Virus record (IMG/VR): IMGVR_UViG_3300042270_000151
Span: 62,001-126,000 of that record
DNA: 64,000 nucleotides
Direction: 5' to 3' (one strand)
DNA from: an uncultured virus (IMG/VR IMGVR_UViG_3300042270_000151)
Taxonomy: Duplodnaviria; Heunggongvirae; Uroviricota; Caudoviricetes
Position 1 is the first letter of the stretch. Each line of letters starts with the position of its first letter. Position numbers and translations under genes: made by a program. The notes under the pieces were generated by a model. The model was not told the DNA's origin, searched no databases, and saw only the letters and a list, made by a program, of their open reading frames with translations. This document shows, piece after piece, positions 18,287 through 29,313 of the stretch.

Positions 18287-18961
18287 ATGTACTACATCGA
18301 CTTTAACGACGTATTCGAAAACATCGATAATCAGGTAGAGTTCAATAGCGAATGGGCAAACAGCACCGGTTACATGGATAATGCCGTTTGGGAGCCGGTC
18401 TCTGAACCGGTTAAGTTCGAAGACAATGCTGGCCGGAAGGGGGTAATTCTTCCCCTTCTGCTGGCGAAGTCGCCGGCTAACGTTGTAATCTTCCAGCGCT
18501 ACGCTGGAGGTAACGTAATCGTCTCTAATGAGGCGCCGGAAGTCCGCCGGGCGGCATGCCTCCAGGGCGATATCACAGCCGATGCAGGCGTGATCGCCAA
18601 CGCCATTGAACTTATGAACGGTGCCATCGGCACTGAGTTCGAAAAGATGGCAAAAGATGCCTTCTCCAAAGACGGCAGCGCATTCTTGGATGTTGCTGCA
18701 GAGAGCATACGCGTGTGCCGGGGGGAGGTTGCCTCGGTTACACTACCCACCAATGTGGCCAAGGCCCTTATCGAAAAGGGTCTTGTGGTAGGCGCTAAGC
18801 GTCACGGCAAGGCAGTGGGAATTAAAGTTGAGGATGGTGAAATTATCCTTAATGATGTCAAATATGGATGGGAGGAGTACACTCCCATCATTGGGGACGA
18901 AATACGGTATGTACAGAACGAGGCCAGTGCTAAGGTAATCCTTAGCACACTCGCCGCTTAA
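18287..18961 (+). CDS. Hypothetical early protein
   Basis: AAGGAGG RBS; 224 aa; followed by a terminator-like hairpin. Confidence 0.65.
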   Translation: MYYIDFNDVFENIDNQVEFNSEWANSTGYMDNAVWEPVSEPVKFEDNAGRKGVILPLLLAKSPANVVIFQRYAGGNVIVSNEAPEVRRAACLQGDITADAGVIANAIELMNGAIGTEFEKMAKDAFSKDGSAFLDVAAESIRVCRGEVASVTLPTNVAKALIEKGLVVGAKRHGKAVGIKVEDGEIILNDVKYGWEEYTPIIGDEIRYVQNEASAKVILSTLAA

Positions 18962-19169
18962 CCTACAGCCCCCAGCCTTCGGGCTGGGGCACCTCTCTTT
19001 ATTTTTTCTTTTATCCTCTCCCCTGATCCTGTACGAGGAGATTCCAGACCGAATCATGTGTCACAGGGAAGACCAAAACGATTCCCACACCCCTTTACTA
19101 GGAGTCTCTATAGCGATTGGCTATAGAGGCCCTTATTGCTCTCACCTGACCACCATTAAGGTTGTATAG

Positions 19170-21434
19170 ATGGATATTAAAATACTCAAGCGTGATGGCC
19201 GATTGGAAAGTTACCAAGCGGATAAAGTCAATAAGCCCGTCCAGTGGGCCTGTGAAGGACTGAAGACTGCCTACCCGTCACAGATTCTTATGTCCGCCAG
19301 CCGAAGCATCTACGATGGCATTACCTCCGATGCACTGCACGAAGAACTCATTAACGCAGCCGCTGGTTTAATCTCAGAAGAATACCCTGATACGCAGTAT
19401 GCCGCTGGTCGCCTCCTGATCTTTCAGATGCGTAAGCGGGCCTTTGGGCAGTTTGAGCCACCACATCTGTATGACCATGTGAAGACCCAGGTTGAAGCCG
19501 GTCGCTATGACCCAGATCTACTGAACACCTATAGCTGGGAGGAGTATCAAGAACTGAACTCCGTACTGGACCACACTAAGGATCTGGACCTTGCGTATAT
19601 TGCAGCCCGTCAGCTGCAGAAGAAGTATCTTCTACAGAACCGTGTAACGGGTCAGCTATTCGAAAGTCCACAGCAAGCGTTCATGCTTATCCCCATGGCC
19701 CTGTACTCGGGTTACCCTAAAGAACAGCGTATGGATTTGATTAAACGCTTTTATACAGCATTGTCTAACGGTAAGATTTCTCTGCCCACTCCAATTATGG
19801 CGGGTGCCCGTACCCCAACCCGTCAATTTAGCTCCTGTGTTAAGGTAGACAGTGGAGATTCCCTCGACTCTATTAACGCTACAGCTTCAGCTATCGTAAA
19901 ATACATTTCCCAACGCTCCGGCATCGGTATAAACGCAGGTCGTATTCGTGCGAAGGGATCGTCCATCCGTAATGGGGAAGCAGAGCACACAGGACTCATT
20001 CCCTTTATTAAACATTTCCACAGCGCTGTTAAGTCGTGCTCGCAGGGGGCTGTACGTGATGGCTCTGCCACACTCTTCTTCCCACTCTGGCACTATGAGG
20101 TGGAAGACCTCGTGGTACTGAAGAACAATAAAGGTACTGAAGAAAGTCGCTGTCGTGGTTTAGACTATGGGGTACAGATTAATGACTTCCTCTATACCCG
20201 GCTAAAGACCGGTGGGAACATTACGCTCTTCAGTCCCTCTGATGTACCCGGCCTCTATGATGCCTTCTTCCAAGACCAAGTACGCTTTGCAGAGCTATAT
20301 GAAAAGTACGAAGCGGATCCTTCTGTACGTAAGAAAACCGTAAAGGCGGTTGATCTATTCGGCTTAGTGGGGATGGAACGTGCGGCTACGGGCCGCATTT
20401 ATGTGATGAACGTCGATCACGTAAACAATGGTCCCTTCGATCCTAAAGTCGCTGCAATCTACCTCGTTAACCTCTGCCTGGAGGTGTGCTTGCCCACAAA
20501 ACCAATGAATGACGTCAACGGCGATCAAGGTGAAATTGCACTTTGTACCTTGGCCGCATTCAACGTCGGTGCACTAGAGGACCTGAGTGAGTTGGAGGAA
20601 CTTTCCGAACTCATCATTCGTTTACTCGATGCACTGCTCGATTACCAGAATTACCCAGTGCCAGCTGGACAGCGTGGTGGGCTGGATCGACGTGCCCTAG
20701 GCGTTGGTGTAACTGGCTTTGCCACATACTTGGCTAAGCATGGTAAGCGGTATAGCGATGACAGTGGTTTAGAGGTGACGCACAATCTGTTTGAGGCTAT
20801 GCAGTATTGGCTGCTCAAAGCCTCGAATAAACTAGCACAGGAATTTGGCCCCTGTCCTAAGTTTAATGAAACTACGTACAGTCAAGGTGTACTTCCGATC
20901 GACCGTTACTGTAAGAATGTTGACAAACTAGGTGTCTTCGATTACCTGTGCGACTGGGAGGGATTGCGTAAGGACATTCTTGCACATGGTCTACGTAACT
21001 CTACAGTCACCGCGATCATGCCGTGTGAGACGTCATCAGCGGTTACCAACTCCATCAATGGCATTGAGCCACCGCGTGGTCTGGTCATGTACAAGACCAA
21101 TAAAGACGCGATTATGGCACAGGTAGTAGCCGACTATGAAAACCTGAAAGACATTTACGAGTGCGTATGGGACATTAAATCTAACCGAGGCTATCTGAAC
21201 CTAGTGGCCATCATGCAGAAGTTTGTCGATCAGGCAATCTCTGCTAACACCAACCATGACCCGGCTCGTTACCCTAATGGCAAGGTGCCCATTCAAACGG
21301 TACTGAAGGAAATGGTGTATGCCCACCACATTGGTATCAAGACCCTTTATTACCATAATACCCGTGATGGTAACGACGCTGATGCCATTGCGAAGATGGA
21401 TGATGGTTGTGAGGGCGGTGCCTGTAAGCTTTAA
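19170..21434 (+). CDS. nrdA: Ribonucleotide reductase class Ia alpha subunit
   Basis: N-terminal ATP cone (KRDG), TRQFSSC, NLCLE, TLYY and C-terminal CEGGACKL. Confidence 0.97.
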   Translation: MDIKILKRDGRLESYQADKVNKPVQWACEGLKTAYPSQILMSASRSIYDGITSDALHEELINAAAGLISEEYPDTQYAAGRLLIFQMRKRAFGQFEPPHLYDHVKTQVEAGRYDPDLLNTYSWEEYQELNSVLDHTKDLDLAYIAARQLQKKYLLQNRVTGQLFESPQQAFMLIPMALYSGYPKEQRMDLIKRFYTALSNGKISLPTPIMAGARTPTRQFSSCVKVDSGDSLDSINATASAIVKYISQRSGIGINAGRIRAKGSSIRNGEAEHTGLIPFIKHFHSAVKSCSQGAVRDGSATLFFPLWHYEVEDLVVLKNNKGTEESRCRGLDYGVQINDFLYTRLKTGGNITLFSPSDVPGLYDAFFQDQVRFAELYEKYEADPSVRKKTVKAVDLFGLVGMERAATGRIYVMNVDHVNNGPFDPKVAAIYLVNLCLEVCLPTKPMNDVNGDQGEIALCTLAAFNVGALEDLSELEELSELIIRLLDALLDYQNYPVPAGQRGGLDRRALGVGVTGFATYLAKHGKRYSDDSGLEVTHNLFEAMQYWLLKASNKLAQEFGPCPKFNETTYSQGVLPIDRYCKNVDKLGVFDYLCDWEGLRKDILAHGLRNSTVTAIMPCETSSAVTNSINGIEPPRGLVMYKTNKDAIMAQVVADYENLKDIYECVWDIKSNRGYLNLVAIMQKFVDQAISANTNHDPARYPNGKVPIQTVLKEMVYAHHIGIKTLYYHNTRDGNDADAIAKMDDGCEGGACKL

Positions 21435-21479
21435 TGTAAACCGGGGAGGGTAGCCTCCCCTACGTTTAAAGGATGTAAA

Positions 21480-22721
21480 ATGAATAGTAAATCTACCCCA
21501 ATGCCTACCTATGTAGAAGACCACGTTGCTTTTCTGGACGATAGTGTAAAAGCTGCGCCGGTTACCCATAAGCCGTTTTCAACCTTTAATAAGAAAGCGG
21601 TGGATGCGACTACACAGCCGATGTTCTTTGGCGAGTGTATTAATGTTGCACGGTTTGATCGACGTAAGTACGAGATCTTTGAAAAGCTATCCGAGAAGCA
21701 GCTCTCGTACTTCTGGCGTCCAGAAGAGGTTGATGTTACCGGAGATCGTAAAGACTTCGCAAACCTGGATCCGCATGAGCAGCACATTTTTATCTCGAAC
21801 CTAAAATACCAGATTCTGCTGGACTCTGTACAAGGTCGCTCACCAACGATTGCTTTCTTACCAGTATGTTCTCTACCCGAATTGGAAAACTGGCTTGAGA
21901 ACTGGTCGTATTCGGAGACTGTGCATTCTCGTTCATATACCCATATCGTGCGAAATGTCTTTAATGACCCCAGTGCGGTACTGGATGAAATCATGGTGAC
22001 GCCTGAGATCATCAAGCGAGCAACCGCCGTTACAGAAGAGTATGACCGCTTTATTGAGCTAGTTAATATCTACTCAGTGGTAGGGTCCTTTGGACAGCAC
22101 ACTGTCGCTGGTATTACCTACGACTGCAGTGAACGCAATATGAAGTACCACCTGGCGCGGGCAATGGTATCGGTTTATGCACTGGAGGCTATTCGCTTCT
22201 ACGTGTCCTTTGCTTGCTCCTTTGCCTTTGCCGAACGCGGTGTAATGGAAGGTAACGCTAAGATTGTACGTTTCATATGCAGGGACGAGCTCTTGCATAA
22301 GACAGGCACCAAACAGATTTTGAATCTACTGATTGGGTCGCGTGAAAATGATCCTGTGATGCAGGAGATCTTTAAAACCCATCAAGCTGAGTTTAAACAG
22401 ATTCTGGTGGACTGTAAGGATCAGGAGTCTGAATGGATTGAATATCTCTTTAAAGACGGAAGCATGATCGGCCTTAATGCCCGTATCCTGAATGAGTACC
22501 TAGAATGGGTTGCCGATGAGGCATCCGATAACCTGGGCTGGGGGCCCATCGTAGGGCATCTGAAGTCAAACCCCCTACCCTGGATGCGTAGCTGGGTAAC
22601 CTCTGATGCGGTACAACCCGCTCCACAGGAAACAGAGTTGTCGTCTTATCTGGTTGGTCAAATCGACAGCAGTGTAGACGTGGGTAGTTTGGGTAACTTC
22701 GATGATGGGTTTGATTTTTAA
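21480..22721 (+). CDS. nrdB: Ribonucleotide reductase class Ia beta subunit
   Basis: FWRPEEVD, ETVHSRSY, EAIRFYVSF and RDELLH di-iron motifs. Confidence 0.97.
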   Translation: MNSKSTPMPTYVEDHVAFLDDSVKAAPVTHKPFSTFNKKAVDATTQPMFFGECINVARFDRRKYEIFEKLSEKQLSYFWRPEEVDVTGDRKDFANLDPHEQHIFISNLKYQILLDSVQGRSPTIAFLPVCSLPELENWLENWSYSETVHSRSYTHIVRNVFNDPSAVLDEIMVTPEIIKRATAVTEEYDRFIELVNIYSVVGSFGQHTVAGITYDCSERNMKYHLARAMVSVYALEAIRFYVSFACSFAFAERGVMEGNAKIVRFICRDELLHKTGTKQILNLLIGSRENDPVMQEIFKTHQAEFKQILVDCKDQESEWIEYLFKDGSMIGLNARILNEYLEWVADEASDNLGWGPIVGHLKSNPLPWMRSWVTSDAVQPAPQETELSSYLVGQIDSSVDVGSLGNFDDGFDF

Positions 22722-23100
22722 TCGCCTCATTCTCGCCCTTCGGTACCTCTTAGCGGACGGTGCGTTCTTATTACGGCATCGGTTTACACTGGATGCGGTT
22801 ATAGTCACCTACTATGTTAGGCGGTACCGGAGACAGGCTATCCGTAAACACGTCTGGGTGAACCGTAGGCTAATCATGATGGAGAAGGCAACGCGAAGGG
22901 GTGAACCACCGGGTAATCGCCTTGCCCCTAAGCGCATAACGAAATATATCTACCCCAGTGGGGTCACTAGCCACTACGTCGTCGAGTGGCCCACTGACAC
23001 GACCTCGGTTAACTGGCTTCACCCTGTCTACTATCCTGGACTCGTTAGCAGGGCAGGGCTAGACTACGCATTACGCCCCATCACTATGTTCACCGCATAA
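22702..23100 (+). CDS. Hypothetical protein
   Basis: 132-aa basic ORF overlapping the nrdB end. Confidence 0.45.
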   Translation: MMGLIFNRLILALRYLLADGAFLLRHRFTLDAVIVTYYVRRYRRQAIRKHVWVNRRLIMMEKATRRGEPPGNRLAPKRITKYIYPSGVTSHYVVEWPTDTTSVNWLHPVYYPGLVSRAGLDYALRPITMFTA

Positions 23101-23103
23101 AGA

Positions 23104-23131
23104 CACACTCCCTCCGATCGGAGGGAGTGTG
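23104..23131. terminator. Bidirectional hairpin between convergent genes
   Basis: CACACTCCCTCCG/CGGAGGGAGTGTG. Confidence 0.65.
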
Positions 23132-23135
23132 GGCT

Positions 23136-24230
23136 TTAATATACTTCCGCTAACTCGTCTATTGTACGCAGTACTTCAGCAATAGCTTTCTGATCGCCAT
23201 CGACGTGGGTGGCTGCGCGCTGTGCAAGTTCGGTAATTCTAGTGCTGACTTCATTTAGTTTAGCGTTAAATTGTGTCCGCACCTCACCATCCAGTTCATA
23301 GTCTTTCGCTAACTGTTTAAAGCGCTCGGTCAGCTCCTCCACTACTTTGGTATGTGCTTCCATTTGACGACGTGTGTCCTCATTTACACCAGCACGCTCA
23401 GCTGCCTTTAGATAGCGCTCTATGGCCCTGTTACAGCGTTTAAGCGCCATTACAGTGTTTGTTGCATAGCCTACCGGCTCTGGTAACTTGGGATCCATGT
23501 CCCGACTCACCCATTTCTCTTCATACTTCACAAGATAAGGGCCATCACGTGTGATCAATGCAACCTTAAACTTCTTACCCATGCCGTAAAGTATAATAAA
23601 CTCGGTTACTAGCCCATTGGCATGTTTTTGTACACGATAAGGCTTCTTACCCCTCAAGAGGTCACGGTCCATCATACGCTCAACTCGCTCAGACGTAAGT
23701 GCCTTAGCTTTATCCCGTACAACCGGATGGCCTGTGCGCTTAATGTCCTCCATAGCCAGTTTAAGGTCTTTAGTCATCTCCACAATAATGTCCGACTGAA
23801 GTGCCTGGGCCTCTTTAAGTAGATCAATCTCAGCTTCCATCGCCTCAATGGTCTTACGGACGTCATCGATATCCTGCGTTTCTCCACTGTCCGTCGTGGC
23901 CCTTGCAGTGATCGTCTCGTCCCGTTTATTGAGGTCCGCTTCCTGTGTCTTTTGTTTACGTCTGTTACGGGAGGCTCTACCCAATGCATGATCTACCAGC
24001 TTTAGAAACCACTCCTTTAATCGACGCAGTAGGGCAATGATTGCATCTGCGGCATCCTCCAGCCAATCTTTAAGTCCCTCTATCCCTAAGCTGGTCTCCA
24101 CGGCACGTACCACCGGAGAGTCAGCATCACCCTTTATGCCTAACTCCACAAGACCTGGTAAAGTATCCGTTAACCACGTCAACTCATCTACACAACGGTT
24201 AAATTCAACATCTGAACTGTACATAGTCAA
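23136..24230 (-). CDS. Putative virion (inner head) protein
   Basis: SLGIEG followed by an amphipathic helix (IIALLRRLKEWF) resembles phiKZ-like head proteins cleaved at S/A/G-X-E; coiled-coil body. Confidence 0.55.
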   Translation of the reverse strand: MTMYSSDVEFNRCVDELTWLTDTLPGLVELGIKGDADSPVVRAVETSLGIEGLKDWLEDAADAIIALLRRLKEWFLKLVDHALGRASRNRRKQKTQEADLNKRDETITARATTDSGETQDIDDVRKTIEAMEAEIDLLKEAQALQSDIIVEMTKDLKLAMEDIKRTGHPVVRDKAKALTSERVERMMDRDLLRGKKPYRVQKHANGLVTEFIILYGMGKKFKVALITRDGPYLVKYEEKWVSRDMDPKLPEPVGYATNTVMALKRCNRAIERYLKAAERAGVNEDTRRQMEAHTKVVEELTERFKQLAKDYELDGEVRTQFNAKLNEVSTRITELAQRAATHVDGDQKAIAEVLRTIDELAEVY

Positions 24231-24233
24231 TCC

Positions 24234-24971
24234 TTAATCGTTTAGCCCCATGCCAATAAAGCGATGGTGCCATTTTCGATCCTGCATCATCGAGATCTTT
24301 TTAATACGTCGCTGTAGCAGCTCACCGTACATCTGCGCCGCATCACTATACCCATCGATAATACCCCGCAGCCGACCATCCACTTGACCGCCGGTCATCG
24401 CCGTGATTGTGGTACTAACCGATAACTTATTATAAACATACATCTTTGCAGCCAATACAGCGAGGTCCCCAAATACATACATTGCCTTCTGGCTAATGTT
24501 TGTCAATTGTTCGTCGTTTTCGAGTATACAGCGCAAGAAGCAATTGAGGTTACCGGGGTTAATCGGTGTAAAGATAACGTTAGGGCCCACGAGGTACACT
24601 TCGTTCAGACCGGTTGGCCCGGGTTGTCCAGGCATGCTGCCATAGGGCTCAGAGTTACGATAGGTCGTCTCAATTGACAATACGGACGAAATAGGGCGAT
24701 TCAATGTCATTGACATTGGAATTTCAATACGTGCACCGTTCTCTAACCATTGCCATACCAGTCCACCCAAGTTCACAACGTAGGACTCACCGCCTACAAT
24801 ATTGCAATCAGGCAGTACGATGCCGTTAATCACTTCTCGTCGAATACGCTCTTCAATACTGAGTTGGTTAAGGTAGTTATACCACTCATTCGAGCCAAAG
24901 GCCTGATAGAGCACCTCGTGCGGAATCTCTCGCATGATGCGGCTTACCGCATATGTTACCATGTTTGCCAT
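24234..24971 (-). CDS. Putative phiKZ-like virion structural protein
   Basis: 245 aa, co-oriented with 23136-24230; function inferred from context. Confidence 0.5.
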   Translation of the reverse strand: MANMVTYAVSRIMREIPHEVLYQAFGSNEWYNYLNQLSIEERIRREVINGIVLPDCNIVGGESYVVNLGGLVWQWLENGARIEIPMSMTLNRPISSVLSIETTYRNSEPYGSMPGQPGPTGLNEVYLVGPNVIFTPINPGNLNCFLRCILENDEQLTNISQKAMYVFGDLAVLAAKMYVYNKLSVSTTITAMTGGQVDGRLRGIIDGYSDAAQMYGELLQRRIKKISMMQDRKWHHRFIGMGLND

Positions 24972-25034
24972 AAGGGTCCCTTAATATTGTCACGTGTCAT
25001 AGGATCGACTCAGGTCAATGGTTTCTAAGGAAAA

Positions 25035-25044
25035 CCTATATTAC
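25035..25044 (+). promoter_or_regulatory. Early promoter motif CCTATATTAC
   Basis: Exact motif upstream of the PhuZ operon. Confidence 0.8.
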
Positions 25045-25109
25045 CCTTAAGCCAGTAGAATTAATCTACGCAATAACCACCTATTCAATGTAGACAGAAG
25101 GAAGAGACT

Positions 25110-25400
25110 ATGTACTTGAATATTGCAGGCGACAAACGACTGGAAACCTATGAGGAGTGTCTGGCACATCTTCAGAAGTTTAAAGACGACAGTCGTATGG
25201 CACTGGTAGTAGAGCGCATTCTGGAGCGCAACAATTACCTCAATCTGTATACGGACAGTAACCGTCAGATTAAGAGCCTACAGGCCAATCGGTACCTGTA
25301 TCCAGTAGGCAATTTGCTGGCCGCCTACCGTACACGATTGGCGGATATCGAGGCATCTCGTATGCCTTTGGGCTGGGTAACGAAAACGTCTAAAAAATAA
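25110..25400 (+). CDS. Hypothetical protein
   Basis: 96 aa, first gene after the promoter. Confidence 0.6.
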   Translation: MYLNIAGDKRLETYEECLAHLQKFKDDSRMALVVERILERNNYLNLYTDSNRQIKSLQANRYLYPVGNLLAAYRTRLADIEASRMPLGWVTKTSKK

Positions 25401-25459
25401 GGGCCTACCCTTATCGTATAAGGGCGGAGCCCTGTAACCATTAACCAAGAGGAAAACAC

Positions 25460-28173
25460 ATGTCCACAATGTCAATCTATGCCTGCGGCGGTGCAGGTAT
25501 TAACTTACTCAAAGATTTTGTTCGTCTGCCTCAGGATACTGAGGTGTCTTACTATCCCACTGTGCGAAAATATGCGCTGGATACCTCGGATTCAAACATC
25601 CGTGATCTGGGTGATGATATTAAAACCTTCTTGGTACCGGGTCTGCGTGGCGCGGGTAAGAAGCGCCAGCAAGCTTTCGAGGGCGTGAACGATCACGTCA
25701 ACAACATGTTGGTGGAGCACAAACCGTCTGATTACAACCTGGTTATGTTCTCTGCCTCAGGTGGTTAACGTCACGTTGTGACATAAGCCCGCCGTACAGG
25801 TAACTGTATGGTGACACGTCCCTTAATTGCTGGAAACTCCTTAAGTGCAGGTAGCTACAACGTAGTCTGAAAAGGCAAACGTGAATGCTTGAAAATATCT
25901 GCAATTGGACAATCAGCAGCGAAGCCCCTAAGGACTGTCGGGAGACAGGCTAGGGGGAACGTCCAACGACTAACGCATTGACCAGCGTGTAGGGCCCAAG
26001 TGGGTGGACATTGATCCTTAAATCGAAACGGGGACTATCCTAATAATGACTGAATAGTGTAAACCAAAGGTCGATTGGGCGACCTGAATATGGAGAACGC
26101 ATTATTGGAAAAGTGGAAGAAAATAACAGGGTGTTCTAATTATGAAGTCAGTGACACTGGCCGAGTTAGAAATGTTAGAACTGGCAAACTCTTGAAGCAG
26201 GGCATCGATAAATACGGGTATTTGAAAATATCCATACTCAACGATGACGGCGGCAAAAGATATAGTACCATCCATCGATTGGTGGCAGAAGAGTTTGTAC
26301 CGGGTTGGGACGCCAATCTACAGGTCAACCATATTGATGGTAATAAACTAAATCCCCGCGCCGACAACCTAGAGTGGGTAACGGCACATAAGAACCACAT
26401 ACATGCGGTTGCCAACGGATTAAATGCGAATGCGAATAGAACGTTAGTGGAAGACCTAGAGTCCGGACAGACATTAACGTTCAACTCAATCAAGAGTGCT
26501 GCTAATTACATTAACATACATGCCAATAACCTTATACCGTTGATACGTCGATCTAAAGACGCACCCTTGCTCGGTCGATGGATAGTTAAATTAGAAGACG
26601 AGCAGACACTGTTTTGTTCCTCGAACAGTGCTAAATTCGGCACCAACGTATTTGTATTGGATTGTGTAAACGGAGAGCGCCTAGTATACCCTAGTTACTT
26701 TATAGCTGCTTACTTTACCGGTATCCGATCACTTTCTAATATATTTAAGATTAGAAAGTGCGCATATATTGCCGGATACTACGTTGCACTCAACGAGGAT
26801 GATCTCCCAACTGCAACGGACGTATGTAAAGAAGAGGCCATGGCAATTAGGGAGAGCTATCAGTTGGTACCATATCGGGCCAAAAAACAGTACTACGAGC
26901 TCTACGACTATTACACAAAGACGACTACAAAGTTTTACAGTACAGAAGCTGTGGCGAAATTTGTTAATGAGCATTACGGTGGAAACTACGATCAGCGCGA
27001 CGTTTCGACTAAACTTGGCGAATGTAAAGGGCGTAAGGGAACTACACTCATACACGGGCTGGGTTTAAGATCTAGCCTTCATAGGTATGCGTGGTATCCC
27101 TTTACTGAGGAGACCATACTCTCCAGTTACTTTAAATGTAAGGCCCCTATGCGAATGTATAGGGTAACCAATGGAAGTACCACTAAACTCGTCCAGGGCG
27201 ACGAGGCTCTTCTAGATGAGCTTGGTATAGCAGATAAACGTAAATACTTCAGTCTAGAATATGTTTATAAGCAACTGAATGACCCAAACATTCACATAGT
27301 GCGCTTAAATAAACCTATTCAAAATTAGGATATTGATATAGTCTCGTCTCCCATTGAAAGGTGGGAGCTGCAAGTAATGTTGCGGACACTGATTAACGAA
27401 CAGTGTTGAAGATAACGAGTGGTTCTGTGGTGGGCCCCCTTGTAACGGCAGAACTGTTGCGACGTGGTGCAAACGTCATTACGCTGGTGGTGGGCAGTAC
27501 CTATTCAGGTATTGAGGCCAAGAATACGCTGCGTACACTGGAAACGCTACAGTCTATGGCCATGGGTAAGGCTACCAACAATCGTCCCATTATGATGATC
27601 TATCAGGAAAACGCCGCTAGCGATAATCACGCTAACGATGGATACCTGGGCTCTCGTCCGGATATCGATAACCGTGTCGAAGAGATTGTACGTCAGCTGG
27701 GTCTCTTGTTCTGTGGCAGTCACCATGAACTGGACCACACTGACCTGGTGAACTGGTTGGATCATAGTCGTAACCACGCCGATATCCCGTCTCAGCTGAT
27801 TGAGGTACTACCCTTTAAACAGACATTTGGTGGTAAACCCGAATGGCAGGGTACCGATATTACGGCCTTGGACGGTGCTGTTATCTCGACAGCCTCACTG
27901 CTCAATAGCGATGGCGATGAAATTCCATCCTTGGGTCAGCCGTATAGCTGTGTCGGTTACTACGATGGTAAGGTCTGGGGTGCTAAGGACCTGCCTAACT
28001 TCCATTTCGCAACCTCAGCTAGTCGCATTGGACAAATCATGGGGGGTGTTGAAATGGCAATCCGTGGATACGACAGCGTACGGGAATCACTGGCGACCGC
28101 TACCCCAGTGGGTGTTCATCAGGTGATGGATAAGGGTGACCGTACTACGGACGACAGTGGTATGGTGTTCTAA
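25460..28173 (+). CDS. phuZ: PhuZ phage tubulin, spliced (exons 25460-25765 and 27418-28173; 353 aa)
   Basis: ACGGAGIN, DTS and GAGK motifs; joining the exons restores SASGG|SGSVVGP; ELDHTDL T7-loop-like segment. Confidence 0.9.
25766..27417 (+). mobile_element. Group I intron in phuZ carrying a homing endonuclease
   Basis: Exon ends in T and intron ends in G; P AATTGCTGGAAA, Q AATCAGCAG, R CAACGACTA, S GATATAGTC; the ORF is enclosed by an ATCCTAAT/ATTAGGAT stem. Confidence 0.9.
26090..27328 (+). CDS. NUMOD4/HNH homing endonuclease (intron-encoded)
   Basis: YEVSDTGRVRN, IHRLVAEEF, VNHIDGNKLNPRADNLEWVT and NUMOD1-like FNSIKSAA. Confidence 0.9.
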   Translation: MENALLEKWKKITGCSNYEVSDTGRVRNVRTGKLLKQGIDKYGYLKISILNDDGGKRYSTIHRLVAEEFVPGWDANLQVNHIDGNKLNPRADNLEWVTAHKNHIHAVANGLNANANRTLVEDLESGQTLTFNSIKSAANYINIHANNLIPLIRRSKDAPLLGRWIVKLEDEQTLFCSSNSAKFGTNVFVLDCVNGERLVYPSYFIAAYFTGIRSLSNIFKIRKCAYIAGYYVALNEDDLPTATDVCKEEAMAIRESYQLVPYRAKKQYYELYDYYTKTTTKFYSTEAVAKFVNEHYGGNYDQRDVSTKLGECKGRKGTTLIHGLGLRSSLHRYAWYPFTEETILSSYFKCKAPMRMYRVTNGSTTKLVQGDEALLDELGIADKRKYFSLEYVYKQLNDPNIHIVRLNKPIQN

Positions 28174-28220
28174 ATAGGGTGCAGGGGGAGCCTCTCCCCC
28201 TCTTAACGAAGGAGCTTGGT

Positions 28221-28634
28221 GTGAGTAAGCTTCCCTTTACTACGATTATTCATCATTTTGATCGCAGTGTAGATCGGGACATACGGGAAATCATCCACGC
28301 CTGTTTGCAGGTTAGAGACTTTACGATGGTAGAGCCTCAGGATGATCGGGGTAACAGTGTAATGGACCTCTACCGCTACTGGCTGGGGCGTAGATTAGAA
28401 GACATGTTCTTGCTTACCTACGTACCGACCCGGTATCGGCCACCTTGTCTGGAGATGGAGGTATCCATTAACCGTGCGTTGGAGGAATACTCCAGTGACC
28501 TCTATCGTGCACTCTCACCTACCCCTGAGTTCGGTGAGGCGGCGGCTAATCTAGGATTTGATGTTGAAATCCTAGGGCCAGGCGACGTTGCATTGATTCT
28601 AGCCCATTCACCCACTGCAATCATTCGACGATGA
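28221..28634 (+). CDS. Hypothetical protein
   Basis: GTG 28221 after AAGGAG, in frame with ORF 28179-28634. Confidence 0.6.
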   Translation: MSKLPFTTIIHHFDRSVDRDIREIIHACLQVRDFTMVEPQDDRGNSVMDLYRYWLGRRLEDMFLLTYVPTRYRPPCLEMEVSINRALEEYSSDLYRALSPTPEFGEAAANLGFDVEILGPGDVALILAHSPTAIIRR

Positions 28635-28656
28635 GTGACGTATCAAGGATAGACGT

Positions 28657-29313
28657 ATGTCTGAGAACAAACGTGTTATTTTAGACCTTAACCGCTATGG
28701 CGCCCTGTTACACAGCTATTTTGTGGGGGGCGCTAAAGCGGGTCTCATCCCGAACCTTAACTATGACAAGGCCTTCTGTTACAATCTCGTCGTTGCCCAT
28801 GTACGTGACGTCATCGAGGCGCCGCTCGCCCGAGTGATGGGGTGGACTGTACCAGAATACACCCGTAACCATGTGGTGGCTAAGGTACGGGGGGCATTGG
28901 CGAAGAGCTATGTGGAGACCGGCACCTACCGCAATGTAATGGAGGACGCCATTCTCCTGGCGGCCATAGAGGACTATATTCAAAATGGTCCCAGCTTTGG
29001 TCTACAACAGGTGCTCTCGAAAGCGAAGGTTAGCCCTGTTCAAATGGCGGAACTTGTTCGACAGTTGTCGGGTGAGGATATTAACTTTAACAAACCTTCC
29101 GAATCAGAAGAGGACATTGTCCGTCAGATAGAAGAGATCCTGTGTTTCTTTGACGACATTGAGCCAATCTACCATTTGAATGATGCCTTGAGCCGTGTGC
29201 GTAGCGAAAACCCATATGACGTATGGAGTTTACATCTAGCGGGTAAGCTCCACGTTTTAATCCACGATGGGGACTATCGCATACAGGACTGGCATCGAAT
29301 GCGAGGTGAGTGA
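28657..29313 (+). CDS. Hypothetical protein
   Basis: 218 aa in an operon. Confidence 0.65.
   Translation: MSENKRVILDLNRYGALLHSYFVGGAKAGLIPNLNYDKAFCYNLVVAHVRDVIEAPLARVMGWTVPEYTRNHVVAKVRGALAKSYVETGTYRNVMEDAILLAAIEDYIQNGPSFGLQQVLSKAKVSPVQMAELVRQLSGEDINFNKPSESEEDIVRQIEEILCFFDDIEPIYHLNDALSRVRSENPYDVWSLHLAGKLHVLIHDGDYRIQDWHRMRGE

Noticed and set aside
25460..28173. phuZ as a broken pseudogene or two separate genes
   Set aside because: Precise removal of a group I intron restores the frame and the GGSGS motif.
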